A stretch of DNA of 63,117 nucleotides, filler included, from Cercozoa sp. M6MM (lineage: Eukaryota > Protista > Endomyxa: Ascetosporea), in the NCBI GenBank assembly GCA_040357565.1. It is 5 parts of 5 records of this genome, joined end to end, with 100 filler letters (N's around TTAATTAATTAA, not from the genome) between each part and the next. Parts side by side here need not be neighbours in the genome. Positions count along the whole stretch, not along the records: positions 25,861 to 28,566 come from JBDODJ010001714.1; positions 28,667 to 57,424 come from JBDODJ010000137.1; 3 more parts are not named here. One strand, written 5' to 3'. Both the position numbers and the translations under genes were made by a program. Shown in pieces: positions 25,861 through 38,649 of this stretch. How positions within the stretch are numbered: position 1 is the first letter of the stretch; every line of letters begins with the position of its first letter. The notes beneath the pieces were generated by a model that was not told the DNA's origin, did no database searches, and saw nothing but the letters and a program-made list of their open reading frames with translations.

Positions 25861-26697
25861 TTGGAGCAGGTGTTCCAGGAGGCCAATCGCTACGAACCAC
25901 CGCGTGGCCCGATTACTGCCCAGTACTTGGCTCTTTATTCTTCCCTGTGTTACATCTTACCCTTGTCACTTCTTATCTTGTTAACCTCCTCTCCGACTTT
26001 CTCAGTTGCTTGGCGACGCTGACCTTTCCGGTGGTGATGTTGGTGGTCTCAATGGGTCTATTTATTGGCGCTATCGCGTCCGGGCAAAGCTTCCTTTTCA
26101 TCCCGGCCGGCATGTTCTGCTTCATCGGACTCATCACACTTCTTACGTTAGTTTGCATTCGTCGCATGACAAGCGTCGTTTACGGGAAGCCCCTAGCAGT
26201 ACCCTGTCTAACTACCCCCCCCCCCCNNNNNNNNNNNNNNNNNNNNNNNNNNNNNNNNNNNNNNNNNNNNNNNNNNNNNNNNNNNNNNNNNNNNNNNNNN
26301 NNNNNNNNNNNNNNNNNNNNNNNNNNCCCCCCCCCCCCCGTACCCCCTTAACCGGACCTAATGTTGCCTCCAGGTGAAGAAACTGCACTCGGAACTGACC
26401 ACCAAGCTGCTGACGCCGCTGAACTTGGCGGCGGTGGAGACGGGCCTGGTGTTCACGTTGCCGGTGGAGCACTTTGGTCCTGAGGGCACCTGCAACGTCA
26501 ACGGCCAGCAGGTGCCGATGCACGCCTCCTTCATGCTGGCCTGCAGTTCCGTCCAGGCGCAGATGCAGGCGCAGCAGCAGCTTGCCTTTAACTCGGCCAT
26601 GCAACCTGGCGTGCAGCCGCTGAGTCAGCCAGGTTTCATGCAGCCTGGCGTCATGCAGCCTGGCGTCATGCAGCCCATGGTAATAAATATTAACTAA
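25861..26697 (+). CDS. Partial membrane protein (2 TM) with MQPG-repeat tail
   Basis: Hydrophobic hairpin FPVVMLVVSMGLFIG...FCFIGLITLL; C-terminal QPGVMQPGVMQPM. Confidence 0.55.
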
Positions 26698-26916
26698 TGC
26701 ACTCCTGATGTCTGTCGATGTCTCCGTCGGCGTATCTCTCTCGCCTTTTCTGCGTGTGGTATGCATGTGTAGATGCCTGCTGCGCAGCAGCACGAGGGCG
26801 AAGTCGAGGGCGAAGGTCTGCCGCCAGACCACGCGCACGACGGCACCACCGGTGCGCCTTTCGTCTAGGCATCACGTGTGTATTTACACAGGGCCCTTTG
26901 CGCTTGTGGGCCCTTT

Positions 26917-26955
26917 GCGCTTGTGACCCACCCCAGACTGGCACAGGGGAGCTAC
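26917..26955 (+). repeat. Short copy of the dispersed repeat family
   Basis: GCGCTTGTGACCCACCCCAGACTGGCACAGGGGAGCTAC is about 35/39 identical to the reverse complement of 20417-20455; overlaps a 17-bp tandem duplication at 26891-26924. Confidence 0.75.
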
Positions 26956-27019
26956 TGTACACCCGCAGTTGACCTACTAACTATGCAACGATCATGATCG
27001 GATGCGATCAAATTAGTGA

Positions 27020-27582
27020 TCACTTGCGCTGCTTCTGGCGCAGGTCTTCGGTGGTCTCTGCCTTGAGTGCTTGTGTGAAGAAGTTGACCTGGGCAGGAAA
27101 GGTAGGGAGTGAGGTAGGGTGGGGAAGTGCTAGAGTTAGGGTCAGGTCGTAGGGTAGTGGTGGGCTCAGGTGTAAGAGAGGACGAGCTACCTTGTGCCGC
27201 AGGTTGCGCAAGGCAGCAACGACGACCTGCCAGGCCGCGAGCTGACCGGCGCTCTCGACGTGGAAGTGGAACCTGTCCGGCACCTCGGAGATTTCGACGG
27301 CCTTCTCGAACGGCGCGTTTCGGTCGATATTGGCGTGCGACACCACGGTCACGTCCTGACACCCGGGGGTTTAAATAAAGAGGGGGTGAGAGGAAGCTAC
27401 CGGGTTGGCCTCGGCATCGGCCAAAGTGCCCACGTTGGCACACAGGTCGATGCACTCGCCACATGACTGTAACCACATAGCGACATTGATGTCGTTAGAG
27501 TACAAACACACAGGGGGTAGGGGGGTAACAGTACAAACGCACAAGGATTTGCCGTAGTTTGTCGCGACACCCTGCGATGGCT
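27020..27582 (-). CDS. RNA polymerase subunit RPB3/RpoD-family C-terminal portion (appears N-truncated)
   Basis: SCGECIDLC...AVEISEVPDRFHFHVESAGQLAAWQVVVAALRNLRHKV matches the RPB3/RPC40 C-terminus; no N-terminal part found upstream. Confidence 0.65.
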
Positions 27583-27847
27583 ATGCGGGTGGTACAGTAC
27601 AACATATCTTTTTGCATTTTGCAACACAGCGAAACTGGACACAGGGGGGACGTGGTCACTGATAGATCGATCACGAAGGCAAAACCATCGTATCATCGCG
27701 ATGATGGGTGGCCCCTTTTCGCTCTTGTTTCAGCCGTGTTGCACTTGCACATCGCTCTAGTCAGTGTGCAGTTTCTGTCCCGTACCGGTGTTTGTGTTGG
27801 ACACGGAGTAAAAGAGCACAGGACCAAGTCATTCGAAAGCAAAAGCA

Positions 27848-27986
27848 ATGAGGTGGGCACCCCGGTCTTGTCGTGTCGTCGTCGTTGTTTCCCTTAATGT
27901 TGGTGCAATTGCAGAAACGATAGCGCCAAGTACCGTCGTGAACGTCGCCGTCTTCGCCAATATCGGTAGACGTGTGTCTTCAAGCT

Positions 27987-28030
<44 letters not shown>

Positions 28031-28131
28031 NNNNNNNNNNNNNNNNNNNNNNNNNNNNNNNNNNNNNNNNNNNNNNNNNNNNNNNNNNNNNNNNNNNNNN
28101 NNNNNNNNNNNNNNNNNNNNNNNNNNNNNNT

Positions 28132-28191
<60 letters not shown>

Positions 28192-28565
28192 ACGCGATGC
28201 CTGCTGCTGGATGGGTAGGTCGCGTGGCGGTGTGCTCTACACGGCCATGCCGCGGCAGCCGACGCCACTGGCCTCGTTGGTGCAGCCACTGCACCATCGG
28301 GACTGCATCGTTTCAGTGGCGCCGATGCTGGTGCAGCAGGCCATGGCACAGGAGCAATCGCGCGGCCTTTTCGCTTCGGGGACTGCGCGTACCTTTCTGA
28401 CTTTGTTTTCCGGCTGCACGTATGGGACGGGACACTTCAGATATCCTGTGTCCTTGCACAGGTCAGTGTGCGCAAGCGAAGCAACTGTGGAGTATCCCGG
28501 TGTTGCTGGGTGGCCCGGCAGAGATGCAGAGCACCGGCGTCGACACTGGCAAGCTTGCGCATCTT
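27848..28565 (+). CDS. Hypothetical protein, 5' part
   Basis: Splice-consistent MRNDSAKYRRERRRLRQYR-SRGGVLYTAMP...; runs into the gap. Confidence 0.4.
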
Positions 28566-28666
28566 TNNNNNNNNNNNNNNNNNNNNNNNNNNNNNNNNNN
28601 NNNNNNNNNNTTAATTAATTAANNNNNNNNNNNNNNNNNNNNNNNNNNNNNNNNNNNNNNNNNNNN
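28566..28666. other. Artificial scaffold linker
   Basis: TTAATTAATTAA within Ns. Confidence 0.95.
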
Positions 28667-28713
<47 letters not shown>

Positions 28714-30295
28714 CACATACCAGCAGCAACAGGCGGAAAGACTTTATTCACGACATCTTCGCTGTGATCATCATCACCTGGCAGACAGCAATGCATTAAC
28801 AGACAGACCACCTCAATGTTACGATGCGCAGTACCGGTGTTGTACTTGAGTCCAATCAGCACGGCAGTGATCACACTCATTGGTACAAAGGTACTGCCAA
28901 ACAGCAGTGTCACCACCTGCATCAATTAAAAATGTCAATCAGGACATGCTCAGAAGGGAAAGTACTAGGAGCGTACCACACACTGTGGCACTTGCAGCTG
29001 CGTGTAGACGGCATAGCTAGTCATTGTGCACGGTATCTCATGTGCTAGGATGGCGAGTGCAATCACGAGTCCTTCTTTCCACGAGGCTGCAGTTGAAACG
29101 AGCCGGTAGAAACGTGTTTATTGCTCCCAGGACAAATTAAAACATTGTACACATGGTCATGGCGGCAATGATGGCTCCATCAGCCACGTGATGCAGCGAC
29201 TTGGCCAAAACACTGGAGCACCCGGTTTGCAGCATCTGACAAAACTGAAAGAAAACGCAATTTACTCTTTCAAAACGACAGAAAAGCGTCCGCGCCGATG
29301 CGCATTGTTCGCATCAACGTTCATTCCGGCCACCTGTGCGATAAGACACATTGGTTCAACTAAAAGCACAATGCCAAAGCATACCTCAACAGCATGTGCT
29401 TCCGGTTTAATGATGCTTTCTTCGGCCGAGTCGCGGTCCTTCGCGTCGTCGCTGAAGGAGTTGTAGCTGTCCAGTACGCATGAGTCGTAGCATTGCGAAA
29501 GCTGGCACTGGTCCTCAGTCACCTGTAAGCACAGACATACTACAAAAAACAAGAACGAAGTGAAGCAAATCAAACATACTTGTTCTTCCTTGTGTGCGTG
29601 CTTGTGGTGAGCGTGTTCGTGTGAGTTGCTGTGGCGCAACAAAAAAGTGATGGGTCGGACAAGACACCAATAATTTACCTAACGCCGAGATGTGAAAGAG
29701 ACTCCAGCAGAAAGGCAAGCAAAATGCCTGCTAATTCAAATTACGAGATCTTATGCCGCATCACAGCAAGACAAAATAAAAGCGACCTGATAGAATCAGA
29801 AGAGATGCACGCTTTTCTCCATGTTCACCTAGATTCACCACTTAAAGAATAAGGTGAGCACATCATGAAGATGTACCTGCATGAGCAATTGTGTGCGGTA
29901 GAATTTCGCCTGTCAAAGCCGCAAGCATGGCACCAACGCCCCATGACTGTAGACATTGAAATCAATATCTTTTTGAACATCATCGCGGCCGATTCTGAAA
30001 AATGACAGTCTACAAAAATGACGCGCGAATGCCGTTGCGTCCAGTCACGCGATACGAATTGCGACAAAAGAGCCTGTGCAAAATTGATTCTTGCGCCAAA
30101 ACGCGAAAGCGGGGAAAGAAAAACTACTGGAAGCGAGACGAGTAGAATGAAGCAAAGCGATGCGACAAGCGCCACTTGCCACGTCTCGCCGTGCTCGTGG
30201 TCGTGGTCGTGGTCATGGTCGTGGTCGTGGTAGAGGTGACTGCGAGAATTGATTGTGGCGTGACCACTGACAGGGTTTGTGACGTGACTTGCCAT
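28667..30295 (-). CDS. ZIP (SLC39) zinc/iron transporter, 3' end truncated by gap
   Basis: (HD)n N-terminus, GEILPH, His-rich loop, SLHHVADGAII and IALAILAHEIP signature motifs. Confidence 0.88.
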
Positions 30296-30579
30296 CCGCG
30301 CGGTTGGTTCGTGCTGCCAAAGCGAGATTGATAATTGATACGATAAATTGCCAAAACACAATAACATACAACAGATATATGCGCGCAACGCGTTTGACTG
30401 TACAAATTCTGCTCGGTTTTGGTTTCAAGCGCTCTATAAATCCTGGAAAAGAGTTTGATCCGGTCCCGGAGCGCTGGATTCACCGGATTGTTTTAATAAT
30501 ATTCGATGTAGAAAACGGCCGGCGGCTGCAAAACTGAGAGGATTCTGTACTGCCGTCCTGTACAAAGTACGTCGTGTGC

Positions 30580-32390
30580 TGTCAACGACATGCACAGTCC
30601 TCATTGGCGTCATGTCGCCGGTCAGCTCTGAGATGTACGATGAACCAGTCGTAGTCGGCCGTTTGGACAAGCTGTGAACGTGGCACCCTGAAGCCTTGGG
30701 TGGCTCGTCTTCCTGCCCACTGAACACAACAAAATATAGAAATCGGGCTCTGTAAAATACAGTGCAGGCGTTGCGCAGGTACCTCGGTCCTGGTGAGTGA
30801 CTCTGCCGCAAAGTGCAGGTACGGCTGCGTTGTCCAGGCCACACGGAACAGCGACTTGCCAAATGACTGGACGCACTGCGACCGTCGCCACGGTGGCATG
30901 GCTTGCAACAAGTCACTTTTCGTGAAACCTCGGCCGGCTACAGTCAGAACAGTGTATGACATCAACTAGTCGACTGCTATTCTTACAGTCGCGAAGGAAG
31001 GAACACAGCGGTAGTGTGTCATCGTTGCTTTGTTCAGACTGAAACATCATGGCCCGAGGAAACTCCACTGTGCACTTAAACAAATGAGTACTAAATCAGT
31101 AAAAAAGTTGAGTTAAAGGTACGAGCGTGCAGGTCGCTTTGCCTCATGTACTGCACAGTGTCCTTAATGCAGGTCGGTATGTGTACGTACTCGTCCACGT
31201 CGCTGCAGTAAAAACCCAGTCGAGTCGATTGGGTCAAATCACCGAGAACTTATCAGCGCTGGTACCAGATGAGAAGAGCTTCGTAGACACCCCGAAACTT
31301 CTGCGTCGCGTGCCACTGTTGACAGTGCTCAGTGTTCAGGTTGGACATCGCATGTACACGGGGAGTGTCGGGTTGGCACTTAAGTTTACCACGGCGAGGT
31401 GCTCCCCGTAGCCGTACAGTGTGACGAACGGTGCAGGCTTCCACGGCACCACTTCGACTCGCTGCATGCCGGCGCTGCACTCTGTCTTGAGTACGAGACA
31501 CAGATGTTCGGTCAGTCGGGAGACTTCACCGTTGTCTACCCTCCTCCAGCAGTATCTTCAGCTGAATATACCCACAAGAGTACACAGTACCCGTAGCAAC
31601 GACGTAGAACACAATAGAATCCACGCGTAATACGTGCAGTTGCCAGTGTAGCCACATGCGCGTGATGTGCGAGTACGGAGGAAACACTTTCTGCACCACG
31701 GTGGCCACTCTCCCATTGTCGGGGCGATCGTTCTTCACTCCATGTGTTCCGAGTCTCGGACTGGCCACTTGCAGAACCACATCACTCATTCGTAGCTGTA
31801 GACTGGCCTACTTTCACAAACCAGTGCGGATACCGTATCTTAGTTTGCTTCTACAGAGTATACCAAGCAAAGCTTAACCCACCCGTTCGTGGTACTCGCT
31901 TTTCAAAAATACGCAGGTCACAATCTAGGGATGTGAATGAATACAGCATAGGGATGTTCAACTGACTGGGCCCGGAGAAGCAGGAGGTACTGTACAGTGT
32001 CTGCGAGGTAGTCGCTAGCGTACTTGACGAACCTGCGACGGAACTGGTGCGACACGGGCATCAGGACACTCGAAGACACCGACTGCACGGTTGTCGCATT
32101 ATCAAGGACACTGCTGAGTTTGCAGTGCTTCCAAGTGCCTCGTCTTTGTTTCAGTAGGCGCATACAGTACAGCACCCGCAGTTACTTAGGTAGAAAACTG
32201 GGAAAGGTAGTAGTGTACGAGTGTAAGAGATTTTGAATCCAGTCGTCCACCTGAAGGAAAACTCGTAGGACGACGGTGTTAGCGTGCGACAATTCTTCGG
32301 TTTCTTTGGTCTCCTCTGCGTCTTGTGTTTGCCAGATGCGAGGTACCTGATTGCGTTGTCTTCTTTTGGACCAGCCCTAAACCAAGACAT
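30580..32390 (-). pseudogene. Decayed or highly divergent gene
   Basis: Successive protein-like minus-strand ORFs (32151-32390, 31918-32175, 31526-31789, 31253-31501, 30582-30965) separated by stops or frameshifts without clear introns. Confidence 0.35.
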
Positions 32391-33119
32391 CTCAGTAATC
32401 TAGCTAGACAGGTTTAAGTGTGCTTTCTGCCGGGGACCAAGATGTACCAGTTGGCGCAACGCATCCTCTCTCACGGCAATGTTCGGCGAATGACGCCCCA
32501 GGTACGCTAGCCTCGTGTCCACAAGCACGTCGTTTAGCACGTGTGCGTGTGCTTGCCTGGTGCCTGTATTTACGGGTGGTACAATGGTATCAGTCGAAAG
32601 TCAACTAAAATATGGTACCCTCAACAGCAGAGTGTACTGTGGGTTTAGGAAGAGAACGGACCCGTGAGTACTCAACTTTTCTGAGATCGCATGGCATGCC
32701 TCCTGTTTGTGTGGACCAATCACCTGGTAATTTTGCAGTTTAATCGTGTGCGGTACCCCATCGAATACAGTCAACTACACTTGGTCGAGTCCAGAAGGTG
32801 AATAAAAACAAGACAAACGTGACGAGCGACAGCGCTAGGACGCGGAGACACTAAACATTAACAAAACACGTTTAGAAATAACACAAATTTTCGGAACTGA
32901 ACTATAAGTTTAGTACCGTTGCGAGTGGCATGCAAGGTGCTAAACTTTGTTTCACAGTCTGTAGACAGCCACTCTGCAACTCTAGACCGCTCGGCAAGGA
33001 AATTTCGCCAACGGTCCGAAGGCACCGGCAGGCGCCACTTCAGCGACGAAACCAGGACAGCGAGCCCTGCAATTGCGAGTTGCTACTATGGTTAGTTAAA
33101 AGCACTACAGTCTCGTTTC

Positions 33120-33314
33120 TATTCGTCAACGCCACTGCCAGCAGCTCGCAACTCTCGCAGCAGGTCTGGTGACTACCCAACAGGGAATTGCCCAGGCAGT
33201 CAGTACAGTTGACAGAGAGCTAAACTGGAGCTACAGGAGACGCGGCCGGTGACAATTCGTCAAAATTGGACGAATCGAACGCCGTTGCCTGTCGCACGCG
33301 ATGGGCTAACCATA

Positions 33315-33353
<39 letters not shown>

Positions 33354-35604
33354 TTATTTATATATAAGTTGTATCAGTAAGAGTTTATATGTAATTTATA
33401 TAGTACATATACTAGCATTCTACCGTGCAGACGGTGCCGCAGCTGCCGCATCGCGCTTTCGTGTGCTGTTTGATTCTCCGACAGCACGCGCTTTAACTCC
33501 GCTATCTCCTCCTGTTCGTTCAAAGAAAATCAGAGCAGGTCATAAGGGGGTTGAAGGGGAGAGAGAGTAAAACCTTGTAGGGTTTAACAACTTCGACCTT
33601 GCCGATCTCGTGCTGCAGAAGCGATTGCTGCACTGTCTCGTCGAGTTGAGCCTCCTGAGGGTTGGGGGTAAAGGAAGGTATGGAAGTCAAGAGGGTATAC
33701 CAACTGAGCACATCGTTGGCGCAAGTGCGCGCTCTCTTCGCTTGCAGCTTCGAGTCGCTGCTGCAGCAGCGCCGACTCTGCGATTCCAAGTGTGAACACG
33801 CAGCAATAGATGGGGGAGGGGGGAGAAGCTGAAGTGTAATACCTCTGCGACGAGCGAGACAGTCATCGCGCGTCGCAAACAGTCGCCGCTCGAGCGAACG
33901 CAGCGCGCGATCAAAGTTTTCGTCGTCGAACGGAACCTACAAGAAAGCAGAGGGTATCGACAAGAGACAGCAGAACTTTAAGGCAATGAGAGTGAGGCTT
34001 AATGGGGTAAAAGGTATGGATACGGGGTAGGGAAGTAGAGGTAGGGAAAGGGTAAAGGGTTCAAGGGTAAAGGGTTAAACGAACAAAGACTCAAGTAAGT
34101 CAAAGGAGCAGGAACACAGTACAGGCACAGGCAGAACAGGCGGCGGCTTTTCGGAGCTTTTTTCGCTGCAGTTCTCGTCGCAGCTTTCGTCAATTTTCTT
34201 CGCTTTTGTCGTCGCAGCGGCGCCGTTTTCTTCGTCTGGCATGCGAACGGCACACTGACACAATGCCGCCTGCTGCTTCTCCTGCAGTAGACAGGACACT
34301 CATACTGTGTATACCTATGAACATACACCGTATCATAGATACAGTATCTCACATATAAGTATATAGTATGGTATAGTATATATATAAATGGATAGGGATA
34401 GTATAAGGTGGTACCCCCAAAGACACACTGAACACGGCGAGAACTGCCGCCAAAACTCGCTGCGACGCCGCGTGTCGACAGCGAGACGACCTACGGAGGA
34501 GAAGAAGGGAGGAACTGAGGGTCTAAGAAAGAGGATATGGATGTCTACCTGGCCATAGCGTCGACGTGTTCGACCACACGTTGCTGCAGCTGCCGCAGTC
34601 GCGACGCGCGTCTTGACGCCGAAGCAGCCGCTGTCTTTGCCTGAGACACGGCCCGGTCTACCAGGGGAGAAGGGGGTAAAGTGGGGAGCAAAGTGGGAGA
34701 GGGGGTAAAGGATTAAAGGCAACTACCACGCTCGCGTCGCAGTCGAGCGACGTCGTCGTTTCGCAGTCGCAGTTCTGCTGCCAAACTCGCTTCTTTTGCT
34801 GCCTGCGGGGGGCTTAAGGATAAAGAGAGGGGGGGTAAGAGAGGGGGTGGACCCGAGTCTGCACGTGGCTGAGTCGCGCGCGCAGCCACTGCGACAGCGC
34901 CGCCGAGTGTCGCGAAAGCAGAGTTCGAACGCACTGTCGCAACTGCGTCAACTCTGCGCGCAGTTTCGTCAGTTGACGTTGCTGAAAGACGCCGCATTTT
35001 GCCAGAGTCCGCTGCCGCGTTTCTTGCATCCGTTTCGCACACTCTGCCTTTGCCTAGATCAGTCAATAGTCATCAGTCAATAGTCATCAGTCATCAGTCA
35101 CCAGTCACCAGTCATCAGTCACCAGTCATCAGTTATCAGTCAGTCATTAGTGTGACATTTACCTGAACCAGTTCGGCACGCTGTTTCTCGCGCAGACGCG
35201 CGATTTTGTTTTGCGCGTGCTGCTGTGCCTGCAGCATGCTGTCGTTGAGTGCAGTCACGTCGCACTGGTGTTGCTCCTTGGCCTGTGTTTCAACAGAGAC
35301 ACCCGGAAAGTAAATTAATAAACTGGTGTTCCTGAACTGACTTTGGACAGTGGTTTTTGAAACTGAAGCACCTGCTGCACGAGGCGACGTTCGTTCTCGA
35401 GTTTTGACGAGGTGTCTTGCAGGTCGGCCTGCACTTGTCTCTGTTCAAGTTATCAGTTTAGTTTGTTGTGAGGAAGATTCATGAGTTATGGCATGTGAAA
35501 CCCACCAAATGATCAGCAGTTTCGACGCGTTCTTGCTGCCACATTGCGCGTGCTTCTTGCATTCCTACGAACACGTCCAGGGGGTAACATGCCTTTGAAC
35601 TGTT

Positions 35605-35650
<46 letters not shown>

Positions 35651-35750
35651 NNNNNNNNNNNNNNNNNNNNNNNNNNNNNNNNNNNNNNNNNNNNNNNNNN
35701 NNNNNNNNNNNNNNNNNNNNNNNNNNNNNNNNNNNNNNNNNNNNNNNNNN

Positions 35751-35795
<45 letters not shown>

Positions 35796-37247
35796 ACACA
35801 CACCGGACCTACCCTCTCTCGCAGCCTGTAGTTGGGCACGCAACTGTTCGTTTTCTCTGGCGACTGCGTTCAGTTCGGCTTCCTGGGAGAACAGACAGAT
35901 TGTAGACACTTCAGTTGACAACTTGATCAGAGTGTAGATTCAGTTGGTTTGAATCTACGTGAGCTCGTCGGTCGGCCTCGCGCTCGCTTCGGCGTTGTTG
36001 AAGCTCGCGCTGTCGTTCCTGTTCGCACTGAGTCGCGAACTGTTGCTGCTGCGCGCGGATCTGACTGTGCCAGACTTCGAGTTAAAACAGAAAGGAAACA
36101 CCACCAAAAGGGTACTCTTTGGTGGATGCCAGCATTGCTTCGGTGTCCGAGAGGCGTTGTTTCTACAAAACGACGTTAACTCAAGGTTTCGGTTTCAATT
36201 GTGTTAGTGGCGATTGAACTGAAAGTGCACCAGAGAGGATAGTTCACGGGCGAGGTCATCTCGTTCTTGTTCCATTCTAAAGCAGTTGCATCATGAGGAT
36301 AGACAACTGAACTATGCAGGAAAGTTCTCGAGCGACAACACCTCTTGGCGTAGCTTGTAGTTTCGGTGCTGCGTCGATGCAATGCGTCCAACTTGGCCGC
36401 CAGTGACTCGGCGCGACGTCGGTGTGCCGTACTGGCCGTCTGCTCATTTGTTTCAACTCAACTCATCGAATTGAAAGCTTCACTTCTTAATTTACCCTTT
36501 CGCGTTGGATGGCATCGACAAGAGTTTCGACTTTAGCGCGCACTTCCTTCGCATGTTGCTGGCGCCGTGTCTGCTCGGAGGATAACAAGGCGTCGAGTCT
36601 GCAAATTAAACGGTTGTTGTTTCAAATCATTGTCGAGTTCAGTTTCGGTTGAAACGACCTCTGCTGGAACTCAGCGAAACGTGACTGCCACAGAGTCTTC
36701 TCCTGGCTAGCTTGCTGAACCTGGCGCTGCAGCTGCGTTACATGCGACTCTGCCTGCGAAAGCGCCGCTCGCTGAATGCACACGGATACTGGTGTCATTT
36801 GCTTCCACATTCACAGCTGAACAACTGAAGTTGCACTGTACCACACGTGTTTCAGTCTCTTGTCTGGCAGAGCGCAGTTCGTGCTCCAACTGACGCACAC
36901 GCTCCATCAGAGTCTGCGCAAGTCAGTAACTTTTGTCTCCAAAGAAGGCAAGGCAAGCAAGGAAAGCAAACTGAGTTCTGCGAAGCGAGTTGACGACGTG
37001 CGGTTAAGGCTTCTTCGTGCTGTCGCTGGAGTGCCTCGTTTCGGTGCAGTTGTTCTTGCATCGAGCGAATCTCGGCGTCGCGGCGCTGCAGACGCGTGCG
37101 GCAGCGTTGCAGCACCGAGTCGCGCTCAGTGCTCACATGACGCTGCAGCAGCTCCACCACGCGCTCGAACACGAATTTTCGCGACTCCTCGCTGTCGCGC
37201 AGTGTGCGCAGCACGGGATCGCCGCTGATCTCCTCTGCCAGCGACAT
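33120..37247 (-). CDS. Long coiled-coil protein (possibly centrosomal/ciliary), many exons
   Basis: MSLAEEISGDPVLRTL... start; E/Q/R/L-rich heptad exons throughout; 3' end approximate. Confidence 0.7.
35059..35150. repeat. Intronic 7-mer repeat (CAGTCAY)n
   Basis: Visible tandem array. Confidence 0.85.
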
Positions 37248-37654
37248 CGCACTGCAAAAATATCACTTCATTTTTTGCAACTACCCCAGTTCTAATTGAA
37301 TTTTACAGTCGATGCAAAGGCAGTCCTTGGGCATGCTCTTGCCTTTCCTGCGTGCTAAACAGCGAGGAAGACGACGACGTCACAGACTTGACGTCGTCTG
37401 GCAGACCTGGGCTCGTGGCCTGAGCGATGAGCTCACCAAGTCGCTGCATCCCTGGGCCAATCCTCCTCCTGGGCAAGTCCTACCGACCACGGGCACCGCA
37501 GACGTGGGTGCTTATATCGTGCCCTTGCTGTTGTCAGAGCCGCTCTTACCTCGCCACAGAGTTTTAGTGTCTGAACTGAAAAGTATTTTCGTGGATTCCC
37601 CAGTTCCGCGCGGACGGGCGAAAACAAAACTGATGCTAAATTTTCTTGTTAAAT

Positions 37655-38390
37655 TTATAGCGCCTCCTTTTCTGTTTCTTCTGCTTCGATCCAGTTTTCT
37701 TCCGATTCTTCATCGCTTCTGTCGTTCGAGTCAATATACTCTTCGAGATACTCGTCATAAGAAGCGTCCTCGAAGGGTCTCTCGTGCGGGGGCACCCAGT
37801 GCACTGGTTTGTCAGGGTATGGGTGTCTTTCATGTCCGAAATTCACAACGCAGGGTCGTTTTGTGCAGAACTTGTCCTTGAAATCGGCACCTGAGATGCC
37901 GCGCTTGATTGGGCCGACACACTCGCCACGAATAATGGCGTAACCATTGGGATCGACATCAAAGGGCCACAGGGGCGGAAACCACGCACATCGTGCCTCG
38001 TTGGTCAGACACGCTGCCCTTGAGAAAGCAAAGCACTCGTCAGCCTGTGCAACAAGTCTCAATCGAAGCCAGCTGCCAAGTTTTAAAGAGGGACACTACC
38101 CACGGGGAACACTCTCCCTGACTGTAGTGATCACGAGTCAGAGTCGCGCAACTCCAGGACTCTGGCAAAGCATGACAGTTTTGCTCGCGCTCATTCCAGA
38201 TGCAGCGACCGTGTGCTTTGTGCAGGCACCTTGCGCGTGTCTTCTGTCGCTTGCATGCATCTGCGAAACGTGCGCCCGCTTTTCGTCGGAAGTGTGGATT
38301 GTGGTACCGTGGCAAGGCCTCAATCCGAGTGACAGCAAACACGAAGACCACAAACAGCACAGCCACGCGAGCTACACTTGCACTATCCAT
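37655..38390 (-). CDS. Small secreted Cys-rich protein with two C-x-W repeats and acidic tail
   Basis: Signal peptide VAVLFVVFVFAVTRIEA; RCIWN and RCAWF repeats; one intron; might extend further 3'. Confidence 0.6.
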
Positions 38391-38649
38391 CCATAAAGGG
38401 TGTGAGGGTTTTGCGCTTAAAAAGCAAGCTCCAGTTGCTCTGCGAAATCAGAAGAAACGCTAACGGTCAGTTAAACTAAAACTGAAACGCGAGTGCAAAA
38501 TACCAACTGGCGGGAAATGAAACGACTCTTGCGACTGTGACTAGAGACTCCATTGACAGGTTTCTCCTGCTCGCAGCGATACAGCTGCACATTGCGGCGT
38601 TGAAAAGGCGAACGACAGTACATAGAGTGTGCTGCGGTCAGTGACCGAG

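Noticed and set aside
31127-31940. Possible TAA/TAG-to-Gln reassignment suggested by a + frame with only TAR stops
   Set aside because: Conserved genes end in TAA (IDH, Tubby, MOCS3), TAG (AcpS) and TGA (MTHFR) with no internal TAR codons; that frame is probably antisense.
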